The notes under the pieces: generated by a model
Told to the model about the DNA's origin: nothing
The model's input: the letters and a program-made list of their open reading frames with translations, nothing else
Database searches by the model: none
In this document: positions 35,816 through 44,091 of the stretch, piece by piece
Numbering within the stretch: position 1 is the first letter of the stretch
How the letters are laid out: each line of letters opens with the position of its first letter
DNA from: a virus
DNA length: 64,000 nt
IMG/VR virus record: IMGVR_UViG_3300044475_000063
Location: 32,001 to 96,000 of that record
Direction: 5' to 3' (one strand)
Position numbers and translations under genes: made by a program

Positions 35816-36225
35816 GAAAGTTTGTCTTTGCATGGCTGATAGTTCTTTGGAGCGTAGCCGCATGGGCCGCTGAATCAACCTTTGCAAAAGATATGGCCTC
35901 GATTCCACTAGAGGCTATTCAGTTGACGGTTTTCCTTTCTTTTATTGGTGGCTTAGCATTCACTACCAACAAAATATCAAAGCCCGATGTAGTCGTAAAA
36001 AATGTTTGGCTTGAAATGGCAAAGGACATTCTTGCTTCTGTAGTCGCTGGTCTTGTTACTTTCTTCTTCGGCTTGTGGGTCGGCGCTCCGTGGGCGCTTC
36101 AAGCTGCACTGATTACCATTGCTGGGTTTGGTGGTTCTAAAACCCTTGATAAATACCTCAACGATGCACTGTTTTCTTGGATCGAGAAAGCAAAGGCAGC
36201 GCCTACCGGAGATAAAGCACCATGA
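35794..36225 (+). CDS. membrane protein (holin-associated candidate)
   Basis: N-terminal signal/anchor plus at least 2 TM segments. Confidence 0.5.
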   Translation: MRNVIQLRKFVFAWLIVLWSVAAWAAESTFAKDMASIPLEAIQLTVFLSFIGGLAFTTNKISKPDVVVKNVWLEMAKDILASVVAGLVTFFFGLWVGAPWALQAALITIAGFGGSKTLDKYLNDALFSWIEKAKAAPTGDKAP

Positions 36226-36611
36226 AACTGACTCTTAAGCGCGAACCATCGACTACCAAATCTACGCCGAGTAAGCTGTATGTAGATGGCGTCTTTGAGT
36301 GCTATACGCTTGAGGACGTTGTTAGGCCGTCTAAAATCTACGGTGAGGCGGCGATTCCTGCTGGGACGTACAAAGTTATCATCAATATGTCAAATCGCTT
36401 CAAGCGGCTTCTACCGTTGTTGTTGAACGTGCCGAATTATGAGGGCATCCGTATTCATCCGGGCAACACGGACAAAGACACAGAAGGCTGCATTCTTCCA
36501 GGCGTGACTCGTAGCGTTGATTTTGTCGGCAATAGCCGTGTGGCCTTCGATGCGCTTTTCGCCAAGATGCAGAAGGCGGATTCCATTGAAATTACTATCG
36601 AGCCAGCATGA
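36222..36611 (+). CDS. endolysin candidate, DUF5675-like with His...Cys motif
   Basis: IRIHPGNTDKDTEGCILPG resembles L,D-transpeptidase/peptidase H-x(n)-GC active sites. Lies between membrane proteins and spanins. Confidence 0.55.
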   Translation: MKLTLKREPSTTKSTPSKLYVDGVFECYTLEDVVRPSKIYGEAAIPAGTYKVIINMSNRFKRLLPLLLNVPNYEGIRIHPGNTDKDTEGCILPGVTRSVDFVGNSRVAFDALFAKMQKADSIEITIEPA

Positions 36612-37099
36612 TTTCTATCATCGCCCAATACAAGCGATGGTTTGAGATAGGCACTATTGCGCTGGTGATTATTGGCGCATTGTGGGGCTTTCATGCTTTC
36701 TCGGAAAGGCAGCGCGAGATAGGCAGAAACGAGATTCGCTTAGAATGGCGTGAGGCCGAAGTTAAGCGCATAGAGGCTGAAAACAAACTATTGGCCGTAC
36801 AAAATGCGGCTCGTGATATAGCAAACAAAGAAGGACAAGAACGTGAAAAAGCTATCAATAATGCTTTTGCCGCTAACAGCGCTGCTCTTGTCAGCCTGCG
36901 CGGCACAATCTCAAACCAGCAGGCCCAGCTTGCCACCGCCAATATCGAAACCCTCCGTCGATATTCCAGCACAGCCAGCGCCGTATTTGCAGAATGCGCA
37001 GCAGAATATAGCGAAATGGCAAAAGAAGCTGCAAGAGGCTATAACGCCGCCAGAACGCTAGATCAAGCTTGGCCTACTTCTCCTGCCGAAGCAAAATAG
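36608..37099 (+). CDS. i-spanin (Rz-like)
   Basis: N-terminal TM (IGTIALVIIGALWGF) and a coiled-coil periplasmic domain. Contains the embedded o-spanin ORF. Confidence 0.7.
   Translation: MISIIAQYKRWFEIGTIALVIIGALWGFHAFSERQREIGRNEIRLEWREAEVKRIEAENKLLAVQNAARDIANKEGQEREKAINNAFAANSAALVSLRGTISNQQAQLATANIETLRRYSSTASAVFAECAAEYSEMAKEAARGYNAARTLDQAWPTSPAEAK
36843..37061 (+). CDS. o-spanin (Rz1-like lipoprotein), embedded in the +1 frame
   Basis: MKKLSIMLLPLTALLLSAC lipobox, Pro-rich mature part. Lies wholly inside 36608-37099. Confidence 0.7.
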   Translation: MKKLSIMLLPLTALLLSACAAQSQTSRPSLPPPISKPSVDIPAQPAPYLQNAQQNIAKWQKKLQEAITPPER

Positions 37100-37313
37100 G
37101 AACCCACTTAGCAAGCCATTCCTTGTCTGCTTTCGAGTAACGGCGAAGTTTGATCTTCGCCCGCTTCACGCAAGACAAAAACAGTTCCTCGCTCGATTGA
37201 ATATCGCCAAGACGCCCTATAAGCGCTTGGCGTTCTTCCTCATCACGCATTGAGATATCCATAGAAGCCATCCTTAAAACTATATTCTGAATGGCTTCTA
37301 TGATACCGTCCAA
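37074..37313 (-). CDS. hypothetical protein (79 aa), last gene of the leftward arm
   Basis: Its 3' end overlaps the i-spanin 3' end by 26 nt (convergent). Confidence 0.5.
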   Translation of the reverse strand: MDGIIEAIQNIVLRMASMDISMRDEEERQALIGRLGDIQSSEELFLSCVKRAKIKLRRYSKADKEWLAKWVPILLRQEK

Positions 37314-37358
37314 TTGATTGTTGCTATCAAAATGCGTGGGCCTCGCCTAGTTCGTTGG

Positions 37359-38207
37359 TCATGGCTCGTCCACTTCACGATAGATAAAGCACTTTTCGCA
37401 TTGGTCATTAAGGCCAATACCTGCTGGTTTCCATTGGTGGGTGCATGAATCACTTAAGCCGGCAGCTTTGAGGGCAGCACGACCATCGTCAAGAGCTTTA
37501 GCCCATCGGCCAGCCCAATGGGGCTCTTTCGGTTGGTTCGGCCACGTTACAAGGATATTTCGTAGCGCTTCTACCAGCACCTTGTTAGGCTGTGTTTGCG
37601 CTTCAATATCTCGTGCAAATGCAATCAGCGCCGCGTCAGGAACGTCATCAGATGTTTCTATGCCAAATTGCGCAGCAGTCATCAACACCGCAGTATCATC
37701 TAAGCCATCGCTATGTGTCGCCTTGTTAGGCGCACTGTTGGCGAGAATGGCACGGGCGAACTGCAAGTAACCGAAGCTTTTGCAGAACTCGCTATAGCCG
37801 CCCAACTCATCGAAAATCGCGCCGATACGCTCATCGCTCATCACCACTGGCTTAGCTTGTGCAGCGATGGCGGCGCGGGCGTAGTCCTTCATGGCGCTGA
37901 TGTTCCAGTAGCGCACCTTGGCGATCTCGCCGTCTGCATTTGGCAGCGGTGGAAGTTCCGGCTCTTCCGCTCCGCTGGCTGGTGGAGTGGCAGCGCGGAG
38001 CATCGCTTGCCGCGCCGTCTCGGATTGCGCCAAGGGGATAGCGTGAGGCTTGTCCAGCGCACCGAATAACTTGGCCGCTTCGCGTAATTTGCCATCGCGC
38101 AGCAAGCCGGTGTCTTGCCATTCGATCTCGTCTGCGCAGCATTCCGCCAGATTGGCCGCGACAAATTCCTGCGCTTTGCTGCGCGCATCTTTCATTTCGT
38201 TGCTCAT
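37359..38207 (-). CDS. hypothetical early protein (282 aa), paralog-family member
   Basis: MSDERIGAIFDELGG...FARAILA module similar to the N-terminus of 41436-42938. Confidence 0.6.
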   Translation of the reverse strand: MSNEMKDARSKAQEFVAANLAECCADEIEWQDTGLLRDGKLREAAKLFGALDKPHAIPLAQSETARQAMLRAATPPASGAEEPELPPLPNADGEIAKVRYWNISAMKDYARAAIAAQAKPVVMSDERIGAIFDELGGYSEFCKSFGYLQFARAILANSAPNKATHSDGLDDTAVLMTAAQFGIETSDDVPDAALIAFARDIEAQTQPNKVLVEALRNILVTWPNQPKEPHWAGRWAKALDDGRAALKAAGLSDSCTHQWKPAGIGLNDQCEKCFIYREVDEP

Positions 38208-38464
38208 GCTTTCTCCTTTGCGATAGCCGCATCGATTGCCGCATCAATCCCCATGCCGCCAGCATGGATGCGCTTGCTCATTGGCTCCCAGGTTGAATCG
38301 CCAACATCGCGGAGCCATTTGTATCGCTCAGCATCGGCAGCGAGGGACTCGATGCGAGCGCGGAGTTCGGCGATTTCTGCACGGTACAGTTCGCAGTTAT
38401 GTTCGTGACTGACGAAGCCGTGTTCTCGCAAGCGCTCTTGATGAGTCTTGATTTCGTTGTTCAT
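38204..38464 (-). CDS. hypothetical coiled-coil protein with ERYKWLRD motif
   Basis: Same motif as the 379-651 product. Confidence 0.55.
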   Translation of the reverse strand: MNNEIKTHQERLREHGFVSHEHNCELYRAEIAELRARIESLAADAERYKWLRDVGDSTWEPMSKRIHAGGMGIDAAIDAAIAKEKA

Positions 38465-38467
38465 GGT

Positions 38468-38713
38468 TTATTCCTTAGTTGCGCGATTTTCGTATTGTTC
38501 GGACTCGACAGAGCGCGAGTAAGCGCCGTAGAGGTACATTGGGACAAAGACAGCGGCCATCACGCCAGCGCCTAATAGTGCGCCTTGCCAGCCCCCTTTA
38601 GAGCCAGCCAGCGCGCCAATGAGAAGGAATGCGACTATCAGCAATGTGCCGGGATGCTCCCCTACGTGCGGAAGAGTCCCGCAGCCGCGTATGATGTGGC
38701 GAAGTGTTTTCAT
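38468..38713 (-). CDS. two-pass membrane protein (81 aa)
   Basis: LLIVAFLLIGALAG and LLGAGVMAAVFVPMYLY segments. Confidence 0.55.
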   Translation of the reverse strand: MKTLRHIIRGCGTLPHVGEHPGTLLIVAFLLIGALAGSKGGWQGALLGAGVMAAVFVPMYLYGAYSRSVESEQYENRATKE

Positions 38714-38715
38714 GG

Positions 38716-39132
38716 CTATTCCTTGGTTGCGGTAATGGCGGCTCTTTGGCGATCAATAGACGCCTTGGCGGCATCGCAGCAGCATCCTGCTCCCCGGTGG
38801 TCATGCATGCCGCCGTTCGGGTCTTCGTAGTCGCAGCCTGGATTGCAGAACGGCCAGTCCGGAACAATTTCTATTGCCGTCGCTGTATTTTGTCGCATCA
38901 GGCGGTATTGTTCAGCGTCCTTTGCCATTCTGCTTACTTGCTCTAGCACAGTAACGTTTCCACCGTCTGGTTGATCCATGTAGTAGGTCGATGGAAGCAA
39001 AGAAGCAACTGCATCCATAGCAGCTAGCCAGCCTTCCCCGCGTAGTTGTTCCGCATCATCGCCAGAAGGCGCGGCGGGTGGTTGAGGGGGCATGTCAGTT
39101 TCGCCGCCGATAAAATCGGCTCGCTCCCACAT
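38716..39132 (-). CDS. hypothetical protein, probably the 3' part of a split gene
   Basis: Starts with MWERADFIGGETD, a motif that is internal in paralog 41436-42938. Overlaps 39024-39932 by 109 nt in another frame. Confidence 0.45.
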   Translation of the reverse strand: MWERADFIGGETDMPPQPPAAPSGDDAEQLRGEGWLAAMDAVASLLPSTYYMDQPDGGNVTVLEQVSRMAKDAEQYRLMRQNTATAIEIVPDWPFCNPGCDYEDPNGGMHDHRGAGCCCDAAKASIDRQRAAITATKE

Positions 39133-39932
39133 GCCAGGAAATCTGTATCTGCAAACAGGTTAGCCGTGGCGTTGCGGACATAAGCAGCCACAGCTTTCCC
39201 CAGCAAGTTACCCTCTTCAGTCAGCGTATTCACATACGGATGCTCGATGTGGCTGGCTTCGCTCCAGCCCACCGGACGACATGCTTCCCACCATGCAATA
39301 GCCGCTTTAATGACGCCTTCCGGCACCTCTACAACTGCTTGCAGGGAGGGTGCTGGGTTGGTGTATAGTGGAGTAACTTCCCAATGCTTCGCTTTTTGAT
39401 CTCGCATCTCAACCATTTCTGATTGCGAATTGGTATAACGCATTTTCCCGGTTACAGTATTTACGCAGAACCATGCCAACGGCTCTTGCTTCTCCCCCTC
39501 GCGCAGCACAGGAGCAGCCTTGTAAGCTTGCAAAGCTCGCTCCAGACGATCTCCAACCTCTTCGCCATGACCGTTCTGCCAGCCAGTCCACGATTGTTCG
39601 TTGCAGCCTTCATGCAGAGCATCCAACGCGGCAATTACTTCGTCGGCTAGCATAACCTTGTCTAGGCTTTCGCGCAGCACGCGCTCAGCCTGAACAGGGC
39701 GCGGACGCTTAGTCGCAGGGTCCCAATCTTCTGCTTTCAATTGCGCACGCGGAGGGAACATGGCGGCGTCAATTTCAGCATCAGTCAGCGGTAGCGATTT
39801 CAGCACGCGCTCAGCATTAGCCTGTGCCGCGTTGAGCTTCTGCCACAGTTCCGGCGACTCTCCGCAGTCTTTGAAGTCAACCAGCTTCATCGCCTCTATG
39901 CACTGGCGGAGGGCTTCGTGGGCGGTAATCAT
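39024..39932 (-). CDS. hypothetical early protein, probably the 5' part of a split gene
   Basis: 302 aa. The C-terminal ~36 aa overlap the next ORF out of frame. Confidence 0.5.
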   Translation of the reverse strand: MITAHEALRQCIEAMKLVDFKDCGESPELWQKLNAAQANAERVLKSLPLTDAEIDAAMFPPRAQLKAEDWDPATKRPRPVQAERVLRESLDKVMLADEVIAALDALHEGCNEQSWTGWQNGHGEEVGDRLERALQAYKAAPVLREGEKQEPLAWFCVNTVTGKMRYTNSQSEMVEMRDQKAKHWEVTPLYTNPAPSLQAVVEVPEGVIKAAIAWWEACRPVGWSEASHIEHPYVNTLTEEGNLLGKAVAAYVRNATANLFADTDFLACGSEPILSAAKLTCPLNHPPRLLAMMRNNYAGKAG

Positions 39933-40345
39933 GCGAATGGGCCCGTTCGATTGTCGTCGCCCATCTTCTTCAAACCTTGCAGAATATGGGTTGCCAGAGT
40001 CATGTATTCGCTGATCTGGCTTTCAGTCGGTGGCTCGCTGCTGTATTCGCTGATCGCCTGCAACGTGTCGCATCCGCTGCACGAGCCGTAGCTGACTTTC
40101 ACATACCAGTAATCATCAGGCTGATAACCACCGGCCGCGATTACGAAAACGAGCGTTCCTTGGTAGTCACCGTCATCAATCTGGTGGATGCGGGCCGGAT
40201 CTGGTGAGTCGTATTCGCTATCGCCGCCTACTACGCGAACAACGGCTTCTACGATATCCTTGTAACTGTCAGGATGCTTTGCTGCGAACACAGAACGCAA
40301 CGACTCACGGTTTGCATCAAAGCGCTCGATAAATTCTTTGATCAT
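39929..40345 (-). CDS. hypothetical protein (138 aa)
   Basis: aggagaag RBS. Overlapping stop/start. Confidence 0.55.
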   Translation of the reverse strand: MIKEFIERFDANRESLRSVFAAKHPDSYKDIVEAVVRVVGGDSEYDSPDPARIHQIDDGDYQGTLVFVIAAGGYQPDDYWYVKVSYGSCSGCDTLQAISEYSSEPPTESQISEYMTLATHILQGLKKMGDDNRTGPFA

Positions 40346-40375
40346 TCTCTTCTCCTATGCTGGCACTGCCGGCGG

Positions 40376-40606
40376 TTAGACTTCTGGTGGTGGTGGAAGT
40401 GGCTGCCAATGTGTTGGCTGGCTATCTCGGGTATCACGAGTTCCAAACGTGCGCTCACGGTCATCGGACCAATATGGCCGAGGTTTTTTGGCGTAACGGT
40501 CATCGTTGTACCATCCGAAAACAATCTTATCGCGTTCGCCTCGGCGTGCAAAAAGCATGATTCGGCTACCATCACGCGGAGCGGTTTCGATTGGCAGCCA
40601 GCTCAT
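40376..40606 (-). CDS. DUF551-like protein
   Basis: MSWLPIETAPRDG...THWQPLPPPP pattern. Confidence 0.55.
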   Translation of the reverse strand: MSWLPIETAPRDGSRIMLFARRGERDKIVFGWYNDDRYAKKPRPYWSDDRERTFGTRDTRDSQPTHWQPLPPPPEV

Positions 40607-40749
40607 AGCATCACTCCCTTATACCAAGCCGCAAACTCAGGCGCATAAAACAGCACCACACAGCCAGCCACCAGACCAGCAAAACCGGCAAAGTAGTAGA
40701 GCGCTCCGGTCAGCAACCATGGGCGCGATGTTGGGATGGCGGCCTTCAT
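40603..40749 (-). CDS. small membrane protein (48 aa)
   Basis: LLTGALYYFAGFAGLVAGCVVLFY. ATGA overlaps on both sides. Below the ORF-track cutoff. Confidence 0.4.
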   Translation of the reverse strand: MKAAIPTSRPWLLTGALYYFAGFAGLVAGCVVLFYAPEFAAWYKGVML

Positions 40750-40943
40750 TGCGAAGCCGCCATAGCGTAGATTTCTTCCTGTACCGATTCACGCGGCGTG
40801 CTCATATCGCCGAACTCGGCATAATCAGTAGCCGACCAGTCCCACCACATAGCGATGCCCATGCTTGGAATTTTGTGGGAGCCGATGAAGGTATAACGGA
40901 CGCGCCATTGCAGACGGTGAATTGCTTTGATGATCTTGCTCAT
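40746..40943 (-). CDS. hypothetical protein (65 aa)
   Basis: aggagaga RBS. Confidence 0.5.
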   Translation of the reverse strand: MSKIIKAIHRLQWRVRYTFIGSHKIPSMGIAMWWDWSATDYAEFGDMSTPRESVQEEIYAMAASQ

Positions 40944-41025
40944 GCTTCTCTCCTATTGGTTGTGGGTACTGCCTCAGTGCTTAACCCGGCTCGGGGCCGG
41001 GATGGGTGATGCTGCTGTGATTTGA

Positions 41026-41190
41026 TTATTCCGGCTTTACATCGATCTTGATGATGATGTCGTTGCCTTGGCCGTCGGAAGAGTTAATCATTGCCATAGT
41101 GTCGCCGGTTGCAACGCCAGCGAAGCCATAGGCGGCATTCAAGCGCTGAGTAGCGTAACGAACGATGTCTGCGAGGATTGCGTCTTTCAT
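41026..41190 (-). CDS. small hypothetical protein (54 aa)
   Basis: gaaggagaaacaca RBS before the ATG. Below the ORF-track cutoff. Confidence 0.45.
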   Translation of the reverse strand: MKDAILADIVRYATQRLNAAYGFAGVATGDTMAMINSSDGQGNDIIIKIDVKPE

Positions 41191-41219
41191 TGTGTTTCTC
41201 CTTCTTGGTGGTGGTTGAA

Positions 41220-41300
41220 TTACTTCCCAGCTTTGATGAACTGCGCAGCCATTGGAGCTACGATCAGAGACAGCAGAAGCCAGATGATGAAAATGTGCAT
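41220..41300 (-). CDS. very small hydrophobic peptide (26 aa)
   Basis: MHIFIIWLLLSLIVAPMAAQFIKAGK. aggagaa RBS. First ORF after the internal promoter. Confidence 0.35.
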   Translation of the reverse strand: MHIFIIWLLLSLIVAPMAAQFIKAGK

Positions 41301-41345
41301 GGTGTTCTCCTATTTGCGCTGCGGGATTCGCTGCGGCATGTAGTA

Positions 41346-41374
41346 ACTATACGCACTAGATTATTTAGCGTCAA
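41346..41374 (-). promoter_or_regulatory. near-consensus sigma70 promoter inside the leftward arm, with overlapping palindrome
   Basis: Minus strand TTGACG - 17 nt - TATAGT. Inverted repeat GTCAAC-TTTTAT-GTTGAC at 41370-41387 overlaps the -35. Confidence 0.6.
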
Positions 41375-41410
41375 CATAAAAGTTGACTTGTGTGGAAATA
41401 CAACAGGCGT

Positions 41411-41432
41411 AAAAAAGCCCAGTTAGGGGCTT
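41411..41432 (-). terminator. rho-independent terminator after 41436-42938
   Basis: Minus strand AAGCCCC-TAACT-GGGCTT followed by T6. Confidence 0.65.
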
Positions 41433-41435
41433 GTG

Positions 41436-42938
41436 TTATTCCGCTGGCTTGGCGGCGAGAGCGCGGATAGCCATTGCCTGTTCGGTGAAGGTCACGATGC
41501 CTTGATCGGCCTGATAGTCCTCGATAGTACGCGCCGCTTCCTCAATCCCGGCAGCGCGGCCCTTGGCGAACGCCTCGTCGCGTTCAGCCATCAGCCCGTG
41601 CGTTACCTTGCAGGCTTGCTCATTGGCGCGACGCATGCCTGCCTCGAATGCCTGGCTCAGCGCATCGCCCTGTGCGACAGGTGGCACCTTCCATGCCAGC
41701 GTGTACTTGCCGCATGCGCTTTGTTGCGCTTTCATCATCTCGCCAGGCTTAATATTTACGGGGATTACCCCGGTAACGAAGTTGCCATTGCTATCTGGCC
41801 AGCCACCATTTTCGGCAACGTGGATTTCTACACCGGCCGGTGGCGCATCACCCTGACAAGCACCAGCGTCAACCGCTTTCTGCTTCCAGTATTTGATTTC
41901 CGCCCTGGCGTCCGAAAGCCGTAGATCGGCCAGCGCATCACCCTGCGCGGTGGATGACTGGGCGGAAAACTTCGACACAACGGCTGCTGCTGCGTGAATA
42001 GCGCCGTTGAACGCAAAGCGCTTGTCCGGCGTCATCGAAGGATCAGGCTTTATCGCCAACACAGCGGCGTGAATAGCCTTCGCATCTACTGGTGCTACAT
42101 CTGCCTTCGCTTTCAGCCGCTCAATCTCCCGGCGCACGATGCCCAGCGCGGCGAACTCGTACCCTGTCAGATCGCCATCCGGCACACACGATTGCAGGCC
42201 CAGCAGGTCAACGATGCTGCGCAGGCGCGCGGTGGCGTCGACGTCCCAGGCTGGCGCTGTCTCAGTCTCGCCCCCGGTAAAGTCGGCCGGCTCCCACATG
42301 CCGGGGAGTTCTTCGGCTGGCGCTGCATCTGCTGGGGGATGGGCGGCTTCCAGTTCCCATTCACCGTACATGCCGCCTGTTCCGTTTTCACCAACCACGT
42401 TGTAAGGTTTAGTTTGGTCAGGGTAGATGCGTTGAATCACCCCTTCTCGCTTAAAACTATCCGTGGTTATTACTCGATCCCCGGCAGAGAACTTCATAGC
42501 AACACCTGCCTGCTTGGAGGATGCTGTCACATCAGCGGCTACAGGCGCGGCGGCTGGCTGTGGGGAGGCGACAGTGAGAATCTGACTAGGGACAACCTGA
42601 GACGATGAAGTATCTCCGTCTGCGCGCACTTGATAAAAAATGTGCGGTCGCTTGTCCTTGCTCCAACGGGTTTCAGATTTCGTGATGATGCCGCCGTAAA
42701 TGTGGCCAAACTCGTTGCGTACCTCTACCCTGTCTCCCTTATAAAATGATGGAATTCCTTCCGGCACCGCCACTGTCGGCACGCTGGCTACTGGCGCGGA
42801 CTGGCGGGTGGCGGCGATGGCGCGGGCGAACGCTCGGTAGTTCTCGACGCCGCCCAGCGCTGCATACGGCTCAGCAATCACATCGATCTGCTCGTCGCTC
42901 AGCCCTTGAATGTCTTTGTTCGTTTCCATGGTGGTCAT
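41436..42938 (-). CDS. large hypothetical early protein (500 aa), multi-module paralog-family member
   Basis: Contains LSDEQIDVIAEPYAALGG...FARAIAA and an internal GMWEPADFTGGETE. Confidence 0.65.
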   Translation of the reverse strand: MTTMETNKDIQGLSDEQIDVIAEPYAALGGVENYRAFARAIAATRQSAPVASVPTVAVPEGIPSFYKGDRVEVRNEFGHIYGGIITKSETRWSKDKRPHIFYQVRADGDTSSSQVVPSQILTVASPQPAAAPVAADVTASSKQAGVAMKFSAGDRVITTDSFKREGVIQRIYPDQTKPYNVVGENGTGGMYGEWELEAAHPPADAAPAEELPGMWEPADFTGGETETAPAWDVDATARLRSIVDLLGLQSCVPDGDLTGYEFAALGIVRREIERLKAKADVAPVDAKAIHAAVLAIKPDPSMTPDKRFAFNGAIHAAAAVVSKFSAQSSTAQGDALADLRLSDARAEIKYWKQKAVDAGACQGDAPPAGVEIHVAENGGWPDSNGNFVTGVIPVNIKPGEMMKAQQSACGKYTLAWKVPPVAQGDALSQAFEAGMRRANEQACKVTHGLMAERDEAFAKGRAAGIEEAARTIEDYQADQGIVTFTEQAMAIRALAAKPAE

Positions 42939-43120
42939 TCCTTAGGTTTTGGTTTCACCGCATCGGTGACGTTTTTGCCTGCGGAGTGGAGCAGGTCAGC
43001 GGTGCGACTGAACGGATGACGCCCGGAGTCGGCGGATTCCGGCAGCGTTACCACATCAACCACGACAGCGACTGGGGACAGCGTGACAGCTACAGCGGCT
43101 TTTACGAGTTTTAGCAACAT
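42935..43120 (-). CDS. hypothetical protein (61 aa)
   Basis: Overlapping start/stop with neighbours. Confidence 0.5.
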   Translation of the reverse strand: MLLKLVKAAVAVTLSPVAVVVDVVTLPESADSGRHPFSRTADLLHSAGKNVTDAVKPKPKE

Positions 43121-43864
43121 TCACCCCTCCGTTTTGCTGAGTGCGCGAATGGCGGCGGCATAAGCCAAGCCCATCAGGTTATGTTTATTGCGCGGCGTTA
43201 CGGTACGCTCGTTTGTCTGACCATCAGGGCCGTTTATGACGTGCGTTTCCTGCGTCTGCTCAATCAGCTTCGCCGCCTCTTCCAGCGCAGCAGCGCGGCA
43301 CTGGTGGCCGTAGGTGCGGAGCATGTTGCGGATACGCTGCTGCTCCACGCGGCTCCAATCGCCTTCAATAAGATCAAGCAGCGGCGGCAACTCCCCTGCT
43401 ATGGGCTGGGCCGGTGCTGGGTCATCGCAGCCGGGCTTGCATTGACCGAAGCCTTGGCATGCACAACCACGCAGCGCCGCTTGCGCATGCTGCTGTGGGG
43501 CGGAGGCTCGCTCCTTCAGGTTGCCGACATGGCGAACTGCATCAGCCAGCGCCGCGCGCTCAACACTTAATTCAGCTTGGACATCGGCCACAGCCTTTGC
43601 TGCAACTGCTGCGGTGTGGGCGTCGATGTGGCCTACTAGTGCAGCATGATTCTCGCGGTAATTTTCAATTCTTGCGGCGTATTGGCCTAGCAGGTTGTTG
43701 AATTCAGGCGTGTCTATAGTGCCTGTTATCACGATAGGCTGAGTAAAAAGCACGCGCCCCAACCAGTCGCATTTGTTGACCATTTCTTCTTGCTTTTTTT
43801 TAGTCGTTGCAAACCATTCGGCTTCTTCGTTAGGGCGCATCTGATATATTATTTCTTGGCTCAC
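43121..43864 (-). CDS. hypothetical early protein (247 aa)
   Basis: Operon member. Confidence 0.6.
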   Translation of the reverse strand: MSQEIIYQMRPNEEAEWFATTKKKQEEMVNKCDWLGRVLFTQPIVITGTIDTPEFNNLLGQYAARIENYRENHAALVGHIDAHTAAVAAKAVADVQAELSVERAALADAVRHVGNLKERASAPQQHAQAALRGCACQGFGQCKPGCDDPAPAQPIAGELPPLLDLIEGDWSRVEQQRIRNMLRTYGHQCRAAALEEAAKLIEQTQETHVINGPDGQTNERTVTPRNKHNLMGLAYAAAIRALSKTEG

Positions 43865-44091
43865 TTTGGTTCCTCTTTGATGGTGATTTCGCTTGCTGGT
43901 ATGAGTTCAGGATTGCCAGCTAGATAGACTGCTGTAGACCAACCAGCGCCAATCGGGCTTGGGAAGCGCTGGAACTCTTGAATGTAATGCTTGGTTCCCT
44001 TGTAGACCACAGGCCAGCCCAATTCCTGCGCATTCATTAGCATGCGAGCGTGTTTGTATTCTGCTTCGGCTGGGCTGGTTTTGTCTGTCAT
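43861..44091 (-). CDS. hypothetical protein (76 aa)
   Basis: ATGA overlap with the upstream small ORF. Confidence 0.55.
   Translation of the reverse strand: MTDKTSPAEAEYKHARMLMNAQELGWPVVYKGTKHYIQEFQRFPSPIGAGWSTAVYLAGNPELIPASEITIKEEPK

Larger units (their letters stand above)
1..37099. mobile_element. Tailed-phage genome copy A (partial): early-right genes, tRNA/RNA region, packaging, head, contractile tail, lysis
   Basis: Continuous phage gene order (terminase, portal, MuF, capsid, sheath, tube, tape measure, baseplate, fibres, lysis). The left arm lies upstream of the window. Confidence 0.85.

Noticed and set aside
36900-37400. Search for attL/attR, an integrase, or a tRNA-fragment duplication at the copy A/copy B junction
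   Set aside because: The two convergent genes overlap, leaving no intergenic DNA. No recombinase-like ORF or direct repeat was found by eye, so no mobile-element boundary feature is reported here.
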